A stretch of 64,000 nt of DNA from Burkholderiaceae bacterium. GTDB lineage: Bacteria > Pseudomonadota > Gammaproteobacteria > Burkholderiales > Burkholderiaceae_D. The notes below the pieces were generated by a model. That model searched no databases and was not told the origin of the DNA. It saw only the letters and a program-made list of their open reading frames with translations. A program made the position numbers and the translations under genes. The stretch covers positions 1,009 to 65,008 of the forward strand of contig JAGTRJ010000029.1 of NCBI GenBank assembly GCA_018261755.1, given 5' to 3'. Below are positions 20,303-29,740 of the stretch, piece by piece. Every line of letters begins with the position of its first letter. Position 1 is the first letter of the stretch.

Positions 20303-22801
20303 ATGAAACACATTCCCCCTTCGAGTCAGGAACTGATTGAGCGGCAAAGCAGCCCGATGCGGGTCGTGCTCGCGTATGCGGCGTTTGCCGCGCTGTGGAT
20401 CATCGCATCCGGCGCCTTTCTGACAATTTCGATGCAGGATCAGACGCTGCAGGGCTACCTCGAGGTCGGCAAGGGATTGCTGTTCGTCGTGGTCACGGCC
20501 GCCTTGCTCCATCGGCTGATCAAATGGCACCAGGCAAATGCATTGCGCCTGACCCATCTGTATGTGGCGCTCAGCCAGTGCAATCAGGCGATTGTCCATT
20601 GCGAAGATGAACAGACGCTGTTTGCCGCTGTTTGCCGCGCAGCGGTCGAACATGCTGGCCTGCGGATGGCTTGGGTCGGATTCGTCGATCCGGCCACTGG
20701 CCAGGTGCGGCCGGTGGCGCAATACGGTGCTGGCAACGAATATCTGGCGAACCTTCGCGTCACGGTGCATGCCGATGAACCCTGGGGGCGCGGGCCGACC
20801 GGCACCGCAATCCGCGAGCGGCATGCCGTCTGGTGCCAGGATTTCGGGAAAGATTCTGCCACCTCGCCGTGGCATGACAGCGGCCAGCAATATGGCTGGC
20901 GCGCCAGCGCCTCGCTGCCGCTGCTGCGCAAGGGCGCGGTCATCGGCGCGATCACGCTATATGCGGGCCGAACCAATGCGTTCGATTCACTGGCGCGCGA
21001 GCTGCTGCTGGAAATGGCGGATGACGTCAGCTTTGCGCTGGAACGGTTCGAACTGGACGAAACCCACAAGCTGGCCGAACAGCAGGCGCGCAGCGCACAG
21101 GCGCTGGTGCAGCATTTTCTGGATAAATTGCCCGGCGCGGCGTTCATCAAGGACAGCGATTTGCGGGTGCTGCTGGCCAACCGCGGCTTCAAGACCGTGC
21201 TCGGAATCGACCCGGCCAGCATGATCGGCAAGACCAACCGCGAATTGTTCCCGGAACCGTTTGCGAGCAAGATCAGCGACGACGACCGGCGCGTGCTGGC
21301 GACCGGCAAAACCGAAACGCTGGGAGAGGAATTGGACTGCCGGCACTTCGAAACGACCAAGTTCGTGATCGAGAGCGAAACCGGCGGCAAGATGATCGGC
21401 GGCATCACGATCGATGTCACCCAGCGCCATCTGCTGGGCGCGCGCCAGCAGGCGCTGCTGGAGCTGAACGAGCTTGGGATCGAAATGTCGGAGGCGGAGT
21501 TCCTGAATCGCGGACTGGCGATCGCGCAGCGGCTGACCGGCAGCACGCTGTCATTTCTGCACTTCATCAGCGATGATCAGCAAACGGTTGAAGTGACCGC
21601 CTGCAGTGAAAAAGCGCACCCGATTGCCTGCGTGGCGGATGGCGGCAGCTGTCTGGTTGGCGATGCCGGCATCTGGGCCGATTGCGTTGCCAGCCGGCGG
21701 GTGGCGCTGTTCAACAATTACCGCGCCGGCATCGCGCGCGGGCTGCCGCAGAGTGGCGAACGTCTGATCCGGCTGGTGACGGTGCCGGTGATCGAGGATG
21801 GCCTGGTGCGGATGGTGCTCGGCGTTGGCAACAAACCGGCCGATTATGATGACGCCGATATAGTCACCCTGCAACTGATAGGCAACGATCTGTGCCGCAT
21901 CGCGCGCCATCGCCGGGTCGAGGCCGCGATGCAGCAGCAACTGGCGGATTTCAGGACGCTGAACCAGAAGCTGGAAGAAACGCACAACCAGTTGGCGCAG
22001 TCGGAAAAGATGGCTGCGATCGGCCAGTTGTCGGCCGGCATCGCGCATGAAATCAACAATCCGATCAGCTTCATCCAGTCGAATTTTTCATCGCTGTCGA
22101 GCTACCTCGACGATCTGCTGGCTATCGACGCCGCCTATGCCGACATCGAAAAGGAACACGGCCAACTGCTGCCGCAGGAATTCGGACACGTGCGCGAACT
22201 CAAGCAGGCGATCGGGCATGAATTCATCATCGGCGATTTGCACCAGTTGATTGCCGAGTCGCGCGAAGGGCTGGAGCGCGTGCGCAAGATCGTGCAGGAC
22301 TTGCGCAATTTCTCCCGTGTTGGCGAAACCGGCTGGCAATGGGCCGATCTGCATGAAGGCATTTCCAGCACGCTGAGCATCGTGCGCAGCGTGATTCGGC
22401 CAGAAGTGGTGATCGAATGCGAATTCGGCGAACTGCCGCAGGTGCGCTGCATTCCGGCGCAACTGAACCAGGTCTTCCTGAATCTGCTGGTAAACGCGGC
22501 CCAGTCGATCGACGGGCCGGGCAAGGTGACGCTGCACACTGGCCGCGACGGCGATCAGATCTGGGTCGAGGTGCGAGACAACGGTTCTGGCATCGCGCCG
22601 GAAAACATGAAGCGGCTGTTCGAACCGTTTTTCACCACCAAGCCGGTCGGTCACGGCACCGGGCTGGGCTTGTCGCTGTCATGGGGCATCGTGCAGCGGC
22701 ACAACGGCAGGATCGAGGTTGATTCGGAGCCGGGGCGGGGAACCATGTTCCGCGTCGTGCTGCCGCTCGATCCGCTGGCCGAAGCGGCGGCTGGCAAATA
22801 G
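20303..22801 (+). CDS. Membrane-anchored GAF-PAS-GAF sensor histidine kinase
   Basis: 832-aa ORF. It has two N-terminal hydrophobic segments and GAF-like and PAS-like regions. The HisKA H-box is EKMAAIGQLSAGIAHEINNP, and the HATPase N, G1 and G2 boxes are LNLLVNAAQS, VRDNGSGI and GHGTGLGLS. There is no receiver domain. Confidence 0.88.
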   Translation: MKHIPPSSQELIERQSSPMRVVLAYAAFAALWIIASGAFLTISMQDQTLQGYLEVGKGLLFVVVTAALLHRLIKWHQANALRLTHLYVALSQCNQAIVHCEDEQTLFAAVCRAAVEHAGLRMAWVGFVDPATGQVRPVAQYGAGNEYLANLRVTVHADEPWGRGPTGTAIRERHAVWCQDFGKDSATSPWHDSGQQYGWRASASLPLLRKGAVIGAITLYAGRTNAFDSLARELLLEMADDVSFALERFELDETHKLAEQQARSAQALVQHFLDKLPGAAFIKDSDLRVLLANRGFKTVLGIDPASMIGKTNRELFPEPFASKISDDDRRVLATGKTETLGEELDCRHFETTKFVIESETGGKMIGGITIDVTQRHLLGARQQALLELNELGIEMSEAEFLNRGLAIAQRLTGSTLSFLHFISDDQQTVEVTACSEKAHPIACVADGGSCLVGDAGIWADCVASRRVALFNNYRAGIARGLPQSGERLIRLVTVPVIEDGLVRMVLGVGNKPADYDDADIVTLQLIGNDLCRIARHRRVEAAMQQQLADFRTLNQKLEETHNQLAQSEKMAAIGQLSAGIAHEINNPISFIQSNFSSLSSYLDDLLAIDAAYADIEKEHGQLLPQEFGHVRELKQAIGHEFIIGDLHQLIAESREGLERVRKIVQDLRNFSRVGETGWQWADLHEGISSTLSIVRSVIRPEVVIECEFGELPQVRCIPAQLNQVFLNLLVNAAQSIDGPGKVTLHTGRDGDQIWVEVRDNGSGIAPENMKRLFEPFFTTKPVGHGTGLGLSLSWGIVQRHNGRIEVDSEPGRGTMFRVVLPLDPLAEAAAGK

Positions 22802-22814
22802 GCGGCGAAAGACG

Positions 22815-25313
22815 ATGAACGCGCAAACGGCAAACGGCGGCATTTTCCACTCGATGGCATTCGTGCACCTGCTGCTCGACCGGCAATGGCGCATTCGCTC
22901 GATCAACCGCGCCGGGATGGCCGTTCTCGGCTATGCGAATGCCGAAGATCTGGTCGGCAAGTCGCTCGAAATGCTGGTGCCGCCGGGGCAGTGGGATGGC
23001 AAGCGTCTGGCGGCGGCGCTGAAGCTGCTCGAACAGGGCCAGATGCCGCCGGCGTTTGCCTTCGATTTGCAATGCCGCGATGGCCAGACGATACCGATAC
23101 TGTGGAACCTGGACCAGCCGGCGATAGAAGTCGGCGGCGAATCCGGCATTTTGCTCCTGGGGTTCGATGCGACTGCGATTCGCCACAGCCAGGAAGCGAT
23201 CGCGCTGTTCCAGAGCGTGGCTGAAAATTACAGCGGCAGCATCGTGATCACCGATGCGCAGTCGCATATCCTGTATGTGAACCCGGCCGCGCAGCGCATC
23301 ATGGGCTATCCGATCGGCGAACTGTTCGGCCGCTCGATGAAGGATTTCCGTTCCGACAAAACGCCAGTCGAGGTTTACCATCAGCTCAAGGATGCGCTGG
23401 CGCGGCGCGAGTTGTGGAAAGGCGAATTCATCAACCGCCGCAAGGATGGCGAACTGTACGTCGAAAGCAAGACCATCGCCGCGATTCAGGATGAAAACGG
23501 TGAAGTGCAGTATTACTTTGCGATTGGCGAAGACATCACGCAACGGCAGGAATATGAAAAGCAGATCGAGCGGCTGATGATGTTCGATCAGTTGACCGGC
23601 CTGCCGAACCTGGGCGCGTTCCAGCGCGAGATTGCGGCGGCGCAGGAATCGGCCCGGCTGGGCAAACAGCAGATTGCGTTGCTGCATATCGATTTCGACG
23701 ATTTTAAAAAAACCAACCGCGCCATCGGCAGCGACGCGGCCGAGCAAGTGCTGACCGAAACGGCGGTGCGGATCAAGGAAATCCTGCGCGAACACGACGT
23801 GGCTGCGCGCGTTGCCGGTGACGAATTCGCGATTCTGATCGGGCCGGGCAAAAGCGAGGTGCAGGCCGACAGCATCGAAATCGCGCGGCGCGTGCTGGCC
23901 GCGATCCGCCGCCCATACCTGCACGCGGGCCAGACGATTACGATCACCGCCTCGATCGGCATTGCCCGCTATCCGGACGCCGAAGGCAATGACGACCTGT
24001 TCGGCAACGCGATGAACGCCACGCTGCGGGCGAAAAACGGTGGCGGCAACGACATCCGCGTGTTCGAAGCGGCGATGGCGAGCGACGAGAACTGGCGGCG
24101 CGAACTGCTGCAGGCGATCGAGCGCAACGAACTGGTGCTGTACTACCAGCCGCAGATCAACCTGTATTCAGGCGCGATCGTCGGCGTTGAAGCGCTGATC
24201 CGCTGGCAGCATCCGGTGCGCGGGCTCGTGCCGCCGTCGGAGTTCATTCCGCTGGCCGAGGAAGGCAACCACATCGTCGAAATCGGCGAATGGGTGCTGG
24301 CCGAAGCCTGCCGCCAGATGCGCGCGTGGCAGGATGGCGGCCTGCCGCCGATCAAGGTCGCGATCAACCTCGCGGCGCGGCATTTCCGCCAGCCAACGCT
24401 GCCCGGTTCGATTGCGCTGGCGCTGACGTCGCAACGGCTCGATCCGAACCTGTTCGAAATCGAAATCACCGAAAGCGCGATGATGCTGGACATGGTGGCG
24501 GCGGTGCGCAACATGGGGCAACTGAAGGAACTCGGGGTGCGCATCGCGCTCGACGATTTCGGCACCGGCTATTCATCGATGGCCTACCTGTCGCGCTTTC
24601 CGATCGACGTGGTCAAGATCGACCAGTCGTTCGTGCGCGACATCACCACCAATCCGGCCAATGCGGCGATTGCGAAGGCGACCATCGCGATGTCGCACAA
24701 GCTGGGCAAGAAAGTGCTGGCCGAGGGGGTCGAAACGCTGGAGCAGATGACCTACCTGCGGCGCAGCGAATGCGACGAAATGCAGGGCTACTACTTTTCG
24801 CGTCCGGTGCCGGCGGGCGAAATCGCGCGCATGCTGCGGCAGGATCGGCGGATTGCCGCGGTGCCAAAGAGCGAAGCGCCGGCGCGCGACACGATCTTGC
24901 TGGTTGATGACGAAACCAGCATCCTGTCGGCGCTCAAGCGCACGCTGCGGCGCGAGGGTTACACCATCCTGACTGCGCAAAGTGCCAAGGATGGTTTCGC
25001 GCTGCTGGCGAAGGAACCGGTCAAATTGATCGTGTGCGACCAGCACATGAGCGAAATGACCGGCACGCAATTCCTGTCGCAGGCGCGGATGATGTATCCG
25101 GAAACGGTGCGCATCGTGCTGTCCGGTTTTTCCGAAATCGCCACCGTCACCGACGCGATCAACAAGGGCGCGGCCTACCGTTTCCTGACCAAGCCGTGGA
25201 ACGACGAGCAGCTGAAGGAAGAAATCCGCGGCGCGCTGCGCCACTGGCGCGAACTGTACGGCAGGGAGCGCGGCAGCGGGCGGCAAAGCAAGCTGTTTCG
25301 CGGGGGTATATAG
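22815..25313 (+). CDS. PAS-PAS-GGDEF-EAL protein with a C-terminal receiver (REC) domain
   Basis: The ORF is 22719..25313, with the likely start at ATG 22815, 14 nt after the kinase stop. The GGDEF domain has an AGDEF variant and an RxxD site (REHD) five residues upstream. EAL motifs: EALIRW, DDFGTGYSS, EGVE, QGYYFSRP. The C-terminal REC reads ILLVDDE...LIVCDQHMSEMTG...FLTKPW. Confidence 0.9.
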   Translation: MNAQTANGGIFHSMAFVHLLLDRQWRIRSINRAGMAVLGYANAEDLVGKSLEMLVPPGQWDGKRLAAALKLLEQGQMPPAFAFDLQCRDGQTIPILWNLDQPAIEVGGESGILLLGFDATAIRHSQEAIALFQSVAENYSGSIVITDAQSHILYVNPAAQRIMGYPIGELFGRSMKDFRSDKTPVEVYHQLKDALARRELWKGEFINRRKDGELYVESKTIAAIQDENGEVQYYFAIGEDITQRQEYEKQIERLMMFDQLTGLPNLGAFQREIAAAQESARLGKQQIALLHIDFDDFKKTNRAIGSDAAEQVLTETAVRIKEILREHDVAARVAGDEFAILIGPGKSEVQADSIEIARRVLAAIRRPYLHAGQTITITASIGIARYPDAEGNDDLFGNAMNATLRAKNGGGNDIRVFEAAMASDENWRRELLQAIERNELVLYYQPQINLYSGAIVGVEALIRWQHPVRGLVPPSEFIPLAEEGNHIVEIGEWVLAEACRQMRAWQDGGLPPIKVAINLAARHFRQPTLPGSIALALTSQRLDPNLFEIEITESAMMLDMVAAVRNMGQLKELGVRIALDDFGTGYSSMAYLSRFPIDVVKIDQSFVRDITTNPANAAIAKATIAMSHKLGKKVLAEGVETLEQMTYLRRSECDEMQGYYFSRPVPAGEIARMLRQDRRIAAVPKSEAPARDTILLVDDETSILSALKRTLRREGYTILTAQSAKDGFALLAKEPVKLIVCDQHMSEMTGTQFLSQARMMYPETVRIVLSGFSEIATVTDAINKGAAYRFLTKPWNDEQLKEEIRGALRHWRELYGRERGSGRQSKLFRGGI

Positions 25314-25422
25314 CCAAAACATGGCGCTGGGCCACGATTTTGATGGCCGTTTTTAGATACTGGCACGAGTATATTTTTCGGCCTTAATGACTGAAATGCT
25401 TGTTCTGGTCAGTTATTTCGAC
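25302..25422 (-). repeat. Full-length copy of the dispersed element (R4); overlaps the stop codon of the GGDEF-EAL gene
   Basis: GGGGGTATATAGCCAAAACATGGCGCTGGGCCACGATTTTGATGGCCGTTTTTAGATACTGGCACGAGTATATTTTTCGGCCTTAATGAC...GGTCAGTTATTTCGAC is the reverse complement of the consensus defined by R8. Confidence 0.85.
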
Positions 25423-25453
25423 TGCCGCAGCCCGGAATCAGCCCGAAAAAGAA

Positions 25454-25538
25454 GGGGTATGTGGCGAAATCGCTGGTTTTTCCCAGATTTTACGAGGCGG
25501 TTTAAAAATACCCCTGCTAGTATGGCTGCTTTCAGGCC
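25454..25538 (-). repeat. Degenerate copy of the dispersed element (R5), adjacent to R4
   Basis: GGGGTATGTGGCGAAATCGCTGG...TTTAAAAATACCCCTGCTAGTATGGCTGC. It has the same end and core layout, and it overlaps the stop of the 5-formyl-THF cyclo-ligase gene. Confidence 0.5.
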
Positions 25539-26098
25539 GGCGGTGGCAGTTCGGTCACGATTTCATCCAGCGCGATGTCGTGCGGGCCGATGGCGAACGC
25601 CGCCTGCTGGCACGCATACGCGATGCCGATGGTCAGCGGGCACGGTTCGCGCGCCAGCGTGCGGTCGTAAAAACCGCCGCCGTAGCCGAGCCGGAAGTGC
25701 TCGGCGGTGAAGCCGACGCACGGAATCAGCAGCGCCGGCGGCAGCGGCACAAAGCGCGGATTGGCCGGCGTCGGTACGCCAAACGCATCGGTGACCATCT
25801 CGTCGCCGGGCTGCCAAACGGAAAATGCCAGTGGCTGATCTTTGCCGATTACCACTGGCAGCGCGAGCGCGATGCCCGCCTGCGCCAGCAGCGCGTACAG
25901 CGGCCGCAAATCCGGTTCGCCCTGAATCGGCCAGAACACGCCCAGATGCCTGACCGCATGCGCGCGCAGCCGCGCTTCGACGTTCTTCGCCAGCGCGGTG
26001 TTGGCCGCGCCGCGCTGCGGTTCGACCATCGCACGTCGTGCCGCCAGCAACATGCGCCGCAACGCGCCCTTTTCCGTCATGCTTGGTGGTAAACTCAT
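25532..26098 (-). CDS. 5-formyltetrahydrofolate cyclo-ligase
   Basis: 188-aa ORF with KGALRRMLLAARRA..., PIQGEPD, and LLIPCVGFTAEHFRLGYGGGFYDRTL, the typical 5-FCL C-terminal motif. Confidence 0.85.
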   Translation of the reverse strand: MSLPPSMTEKGALRRMLLAARRAMVEPQRGAANTALAKNVEARLRAHAVRHLGVFWPIQGEPDLRPLYALLAQAGIALALPVVIGKDQPLAFSVWQPGDEMVTDAFGVPTPANPRFVPLPPALLIPCVGFTAEHFRLGYGGGFYDRTLAREPCPLTIGIAYACQQAAFAIGPHDIALDEIVTELPPPA

Positions 26099-26127
26099 CG
26101 TTAAAGTTCAATTTTCCGAGATGTACA

Positions 26128-27984
26128 GTGTTGCACTGGCCCAAAAACATCACGCTGGCGCTGTGCGCCGGCAGCGTTCTGGCACTGACCCAGCCGCATC
26201 TTCATGCCGCCGAATCTGGTGCCGATCAAACCTTCCTCGCGCTGCGCGATGCCGCCCGCAAGGACAAGGTCGACAAAGCGGCCGAGCTCGCGGCCAGGCT
26301 GAAGGATTATCCCATACCGTCGTACGTCGAATACTACCGTCTGAAGCCTCGGGTGAAGGATTTGCCGCACGGCGAAATCCGTGCGTTCCTGAACCGCCAT
26401 GCCGGCACAGCGATCGCCGACCGGCTGCGCAATGACTGGCTGCTGGAGCTGGGCAAGCGGCGCGACTGGGCCAGGTTTGACGAACAGTATCCGCAGTTCG
26501 TGCTCAAGGATGACGTGCAGGTGACTTGCTATGCGCTGCTGTCGCGTGCGGTCAAGGGGCAGCCGGTGGCGGCCGAGGCGCGTGAGGCGTTGACGCAGCC
26601 GAAAAAATACGGCGAAGGCTGCGTGGCGCTGATTGCCACGCTGGCGAAGAATGGCCAGTTCACGCCGGACGATGTATGGTTCCAGATCCGGCAGGCGGCG
26701 GAATACGGTTCATCCGGCGTGGCCGAGCGGCTGGCGCCGGTGGTGGGCGCGGATGAACGCCAGGTTGGCCGGGCGGCCGATCTGCCGCTGCTGACGCTGG
26801 CGCGCGGCGCGCAATCGAGCCGCGCCGCGCATGAAACCTTCATCATCGCGCTTGGCCGTCTGGCGCGGAAAAACCACGAGCAGGCGGCGGCTTACGTGCT
26901 GCAGCACGCGGTTGGCAAGTTGAGCGCGCAAGAGCAGGAGCTGGCGTGGTCGCAGATTGCGTTGCGCGCATCGTTTTCGCTTGCGCCTGAAGCATTGTCG
27001 TACTGGAAGAAGGCTGGCAACGCGCCGTTGTCCGACGAAGGCCATCAGTGGAAGGTACGCGCCGCATTGCGCGCCGGCGACTGGAAGATGGTGCAGCAAG
27101 CGATCGATGCGATGCCGGCTGCCTTGCAGCGCGACCCGGCGTGGATTTACTGGAAAGGGCGCGCGCTCGCTACCGAAGGCCAGCGCGAACAGGCACGCAA
27201 GCTGTTCCAGTCGATCAGCCATGAGCGGCAATTCTATGGCCAGTTGGCGCTGGAAGAACTGGGGCAGAAAATCACCATTCCGCCGCGCGCGAAGCCGGTG
27301 AGCGAAGCCGAGCTGGCGCCAATGGCGCACAACGGCGGCTTTGCCCGCGCGCGCAAGCTGTACGAGCTGGATCTGCGCTTCGATGGCGGGCGCGAATGGA
27401 ACTGGGAACTGCGCCGGATGAACGACCGCGAACTGCTGGCGGCGGCGGAATTCGCGCGCAAGATCGGGTTGCTCGACCGGATGGTCAACAGCTCCGACCG
27501 CACCAAACATGAATTCGATTTCACGCAGCGCTTCCCCACGCCGCACCGCAAGCTGATGCAGGATGCGACGGGCAAGCTCGGACTGGACATGGCGTGGAGC
27601 TATGGCCTGATTCGGCAGGAATCGCGCTTCATCATGCATGCGCGCTCGTCGGTCGGCGCGTCCGGCCTGATGCAGCTGATGCCGGCGACGGCGAAATACG
27701 TGATCACGCTCGGTACGAATTATCTGAAGATGGTGCTCGATCAGCTCGACGGCTCGCAGGCGATGGCCTCGGCTGCGTACAACGCCGGGCCGAAGCGGCC
27801 GAAGAACTGGCGCACGACGCTGCCGTGGAAGATCGAGGGCGCGATTTTCGCCGAAACCATCCCGTTTTCTGAAACGCGCGGCTACGTGAAAAACGTGCTG
27901 TCGAACGCGACTTATTACGCCGCGCTGTTCGAGGACAAACCGCAGTCGCTCAAGGCGCGGCTGGGCAGCGTCACGCCAAGATAA
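26128..27984 (+). CDS. slt: Soluble lytic murein transglycosylase (Slt70 family); the catalytic domain appears to lack a short internal segment
   Basis: The ORF is 26038..27984, with a probable GTG or TTG start at 26128/26131 before the signal peptide LALCAGSVLALTQPHLHA. It has superhelical U/L domains and a C-terminal SLT domain: ESRFIMHARSSVGASGLMQLMPATAKYV-ITLGTNYLKMVLD...AAYNAGP. Confidence 0.85.
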   Translation: MLHWPKNITLALCAGSVLALTQPHLHAAESGADQTFLALRDAARKDKVDKAAELAARLKDYPIPSYVEYYRLKPRVKDLPHGEIRAFLNRHAGTAIADRLRNDWLLELGKRRDWARFDEQYPQFVLKDDVQVTCYALLSRAVKGQPVAAEAREALTQPKKYGEGCVALIATLAKNGQFTPDDVWFQIRQAAEYGSSGVAERLAPVVGADERQVGRAADLPLLTLARGAQSSRAAHETFIIALGRLARKNHEQAAAYVLQHAVGKLSAQEQELAWSQIALRASFSLAPEALSYWKKAGNAPLSDEGHQWKVRAALRAGDWKMVQQAIDAMPAALQRDPAWIYWKGRALATEGQREQARKLFQSISHERQFYGQLALEELGQKITIPPRAKPVSEAELAPMAHNGGFARARKLYELDLRFDGGREWNWELRRMNDRELLAAAEFARKIGLLDRMVNSSDRTKHEFDFTQRFPTPHRKLMQDATGKLGLDMAWSYGLIRQESRFIMHARSSVGASGLMQLMPATAKYVITLGTNYLKMVLDQLDGSQAMASAAYNAGPKRPKNWRTTLPWKIEGAIFAETIPFSETRGYVKNVLSNATYYAALFEDKPQSLKARLGSVTPR

Positions 27985-28094
27985 CTGACCGGAATGCCAT
28001 TTTCGTTCAATAGGGCCAAAAAATATACTGGGGCCAGTATTTAAAAACAGCCAGCAAAACTGTGGCCTGGCATCGTGTTTTGGTTATATACCCC
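27981..28094 (+). repeat. Full-length copy of the dispersed element (R6); its left end contains the slt stop codon
   Basis: ATAACTGACCGGAATGCC...AATAGGGCCAAAAAATATACTGGGGCCAGTATTTAAAAACAGCCAGCAAAACTGTGGCCTGGCATCGTGTTTTGGTTATATACCCC. Confidence 0.85.
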
Positions 28095-28121
28095 ATTAAG
28101 TTTCGCTGAAAGGGCAGGGAA

Positions 28122-28382
28122 ATGGGCCGCACGAAGATCGAACTCGAACTGGATCACGCCACCGTCGAGGCGCTGGCCGAACTGGCGGCGCGCTGCAACC
28201 ATTGCAGCGTGGTCGGCGACGGCTTCGCTAGCCACGGCGCGGCTTTCAGCGTGGCCACACTGCTGGCGATGCTGGCCGACGATGCGGCCAAGGTCGTGAC
28301 CGAGCCGGAATCGTGGCAGGGCGCGAACCTGCGGCAGGTGCTGGCGTCGCACGGCTATCTGGTCAACCGGTTCGAGCAATGA
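28122..28382 (+). CDS. Hypothetical small protein (86 aa), apparently translationally coupled to cca
   Basis: [28 protein letters not shown]...; its stop overlaps the cca start (ATGA). I recognise no motif. Confidence 0.4.
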   Translation: MGRTKIELELDHATVEALAELAARCNHCSVVGDGFASHGAAFSVATLLAMLADDAAKVVTEPESWQGANLRQVLASHGYLVNRFEQ

Positions 28383-29644
28383 AAACCTATGTCGTCGGCG
28401 GCGCGGTGCGCGACCGGCTGCTCGGGCTGCCGGTGCAGGACCGCGACCACGTGGTGGTCGGCGCCACGCCGCAGCAGTTGGCGGCGCTCGGTTACCTGCC
28501 GGTCGGCAAGGATTTTCCGGTATTCCTGCATCCGCACACGCGCGAGGAATATGCGCTGGCGCGGACCGAACGCAGCACCGGCCCCGGCTACAAGGGTTTC
28601 ACCTTCCACACCGCGCCGGAGGTGACGCTGGAAGACGATCTGATCCGGCGCGACCTGACCATCAACGCGATTGCCGAGGAAGAAGACGGCACACTGATCG
28701 ACCCGTTCGGCGGCCAGCGCGACCTGGCGGCGAAGCTGTTCCGGCATGTGTCGCCGGCGTTCGCCGAAGATCCGGTGCGCATTTTGCGCGTGGCCCGCTT
28801 CGCCGCCCGCTTCGCCGATTTCACTGTCGCGCCGGAAACGCTGGCCTTGATGCGGCGGATGGTAGCCGCGGGCGAGGTCGATCATCTGGTGCCGGAGCGC
28901 GTGTGGCAGGAAATTTCACGCGGGCTGATGGAAGCGAAGCCGTCGCGCATGTTCGCCGTGCTGCGCGACTGCGGCGCGCTGGCGCACATCCTGCCGGAAC
29001 TCGATGCGCTGTGGGGCGTGCCGCAGCCGGAAATCCACCATCCGGAAATCGATACCGGCGTGCATGTGATGCAGGTGGTCGATCTGGCCGCCGCCAGCGG
29101 CCATCCGCTGCCGGTGCGTCTGGCCGCGCTGCTGCACGACCTCGGCAAGGGTGTGACGCCAAAGGCCGAATGGCCGCGCCACCACGGGCACGAGGCGCTG
29201 GGCGTGCCGCTGGTGCAGGCGATTTGCGAACGCTTGCGGGTGCCGAACGAATGCCGCGATCTGGCGCTGATGACCGCGCGCGAGCACGACAACATCGGTC
29301 GCGGACTGCAGTTGAGGCCGGTGACGATGGTGCATGTGTTCGAGCGTTGCGATGCGATTCGCCGGCCGGAACGCTTTCTCGACATGGTGAAAGCGGCCGA
29401 ATGCGATTTCCGTGGCCGCAGCGGCGAACAGCGCACGTTCGTCAACGAACCCTACCCGCAGGCGGCGTACTGGCGGGAGGCACTGGCGGCGGCGCGCAGC
29501 GTCGATGCCGGCGCGATTGCGCAAGCGAATCGGGAAAATCCGCCACGCATTCCGCCGGCGATCCACGAGGCGAGGGTGGCGGCGGTGCAGGCGATGGCGC
29601 GAAAGGCGGTTCCCGCGCCGGATGTGGGCGAAACCACGGCTTGA
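28379..29644 (+). CDS. cca: Multifunctional CCA-adding enzyme (tRNA nucleotidyltransferase with HD domain)
   Basis: The ORF is 28313..29644, with the likely start at ATG 28379, giving [28 protein letters not shown]. It also has RRDLTINA and the HD-domain motif LLHDLGKG. Confidence 0.92.
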   Translation: MKTYVVGGAVRDRLLGLPVQDRDHVVVGATPQQLAALGYLPVGKDFPVFLHPHTREEYALARTERSTGPGYKGFTFHTAPEVTLEDDLIRRDLTINAIAEEEDGTLIDPFGGQRDLAAKLFRHVSPAFAEDPVRILRVARFAARFADFTVAPETLALMRRMVAAGEVDHLVPERVWQEISRGLMEAKPSRMFAVLRDCGALAHILPELDALWGVPQPEIHHPEIDTGVHVMQVVDLAAASGHPLPVRLAALLHDLGKGVTPKAEWPRHHGHEALGVPLVQAICERLRVPNECRDLALMTAREHDNIGRGLQLRPVTMVHVFERCDAIRRPERFLDMVKAAECDFRGRSGEQRTFVNEPYPQAAYWREALAAARSVDAGAIAQANRENPPRIPPAIHEARVAAVQAMARKAVPAPDVGETTA

Positions 29645-29740
29645 GTTTTCACAACGCAAAAGATTTCCGGCTGCCGCACAATCGGCGGCAAACCGCAGGC
29701 ATAATGTCTGTTGCCACTCGCTTTCTCGAACCGACCGACC

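Noticed and set aside
25532-26128. I looked for a 6S RNA (ssrS) next to the 5-formyl-THF cyclo-ligase gene, as in the E. coli ssrS-ygfA arrangement.
   Set aside because: Only about 30 nt separate the cyclo-ligase start from the divergent slt start, and the downstream spacer is occupied by element copies. There is no room for a ~180-nt 6S RNA.
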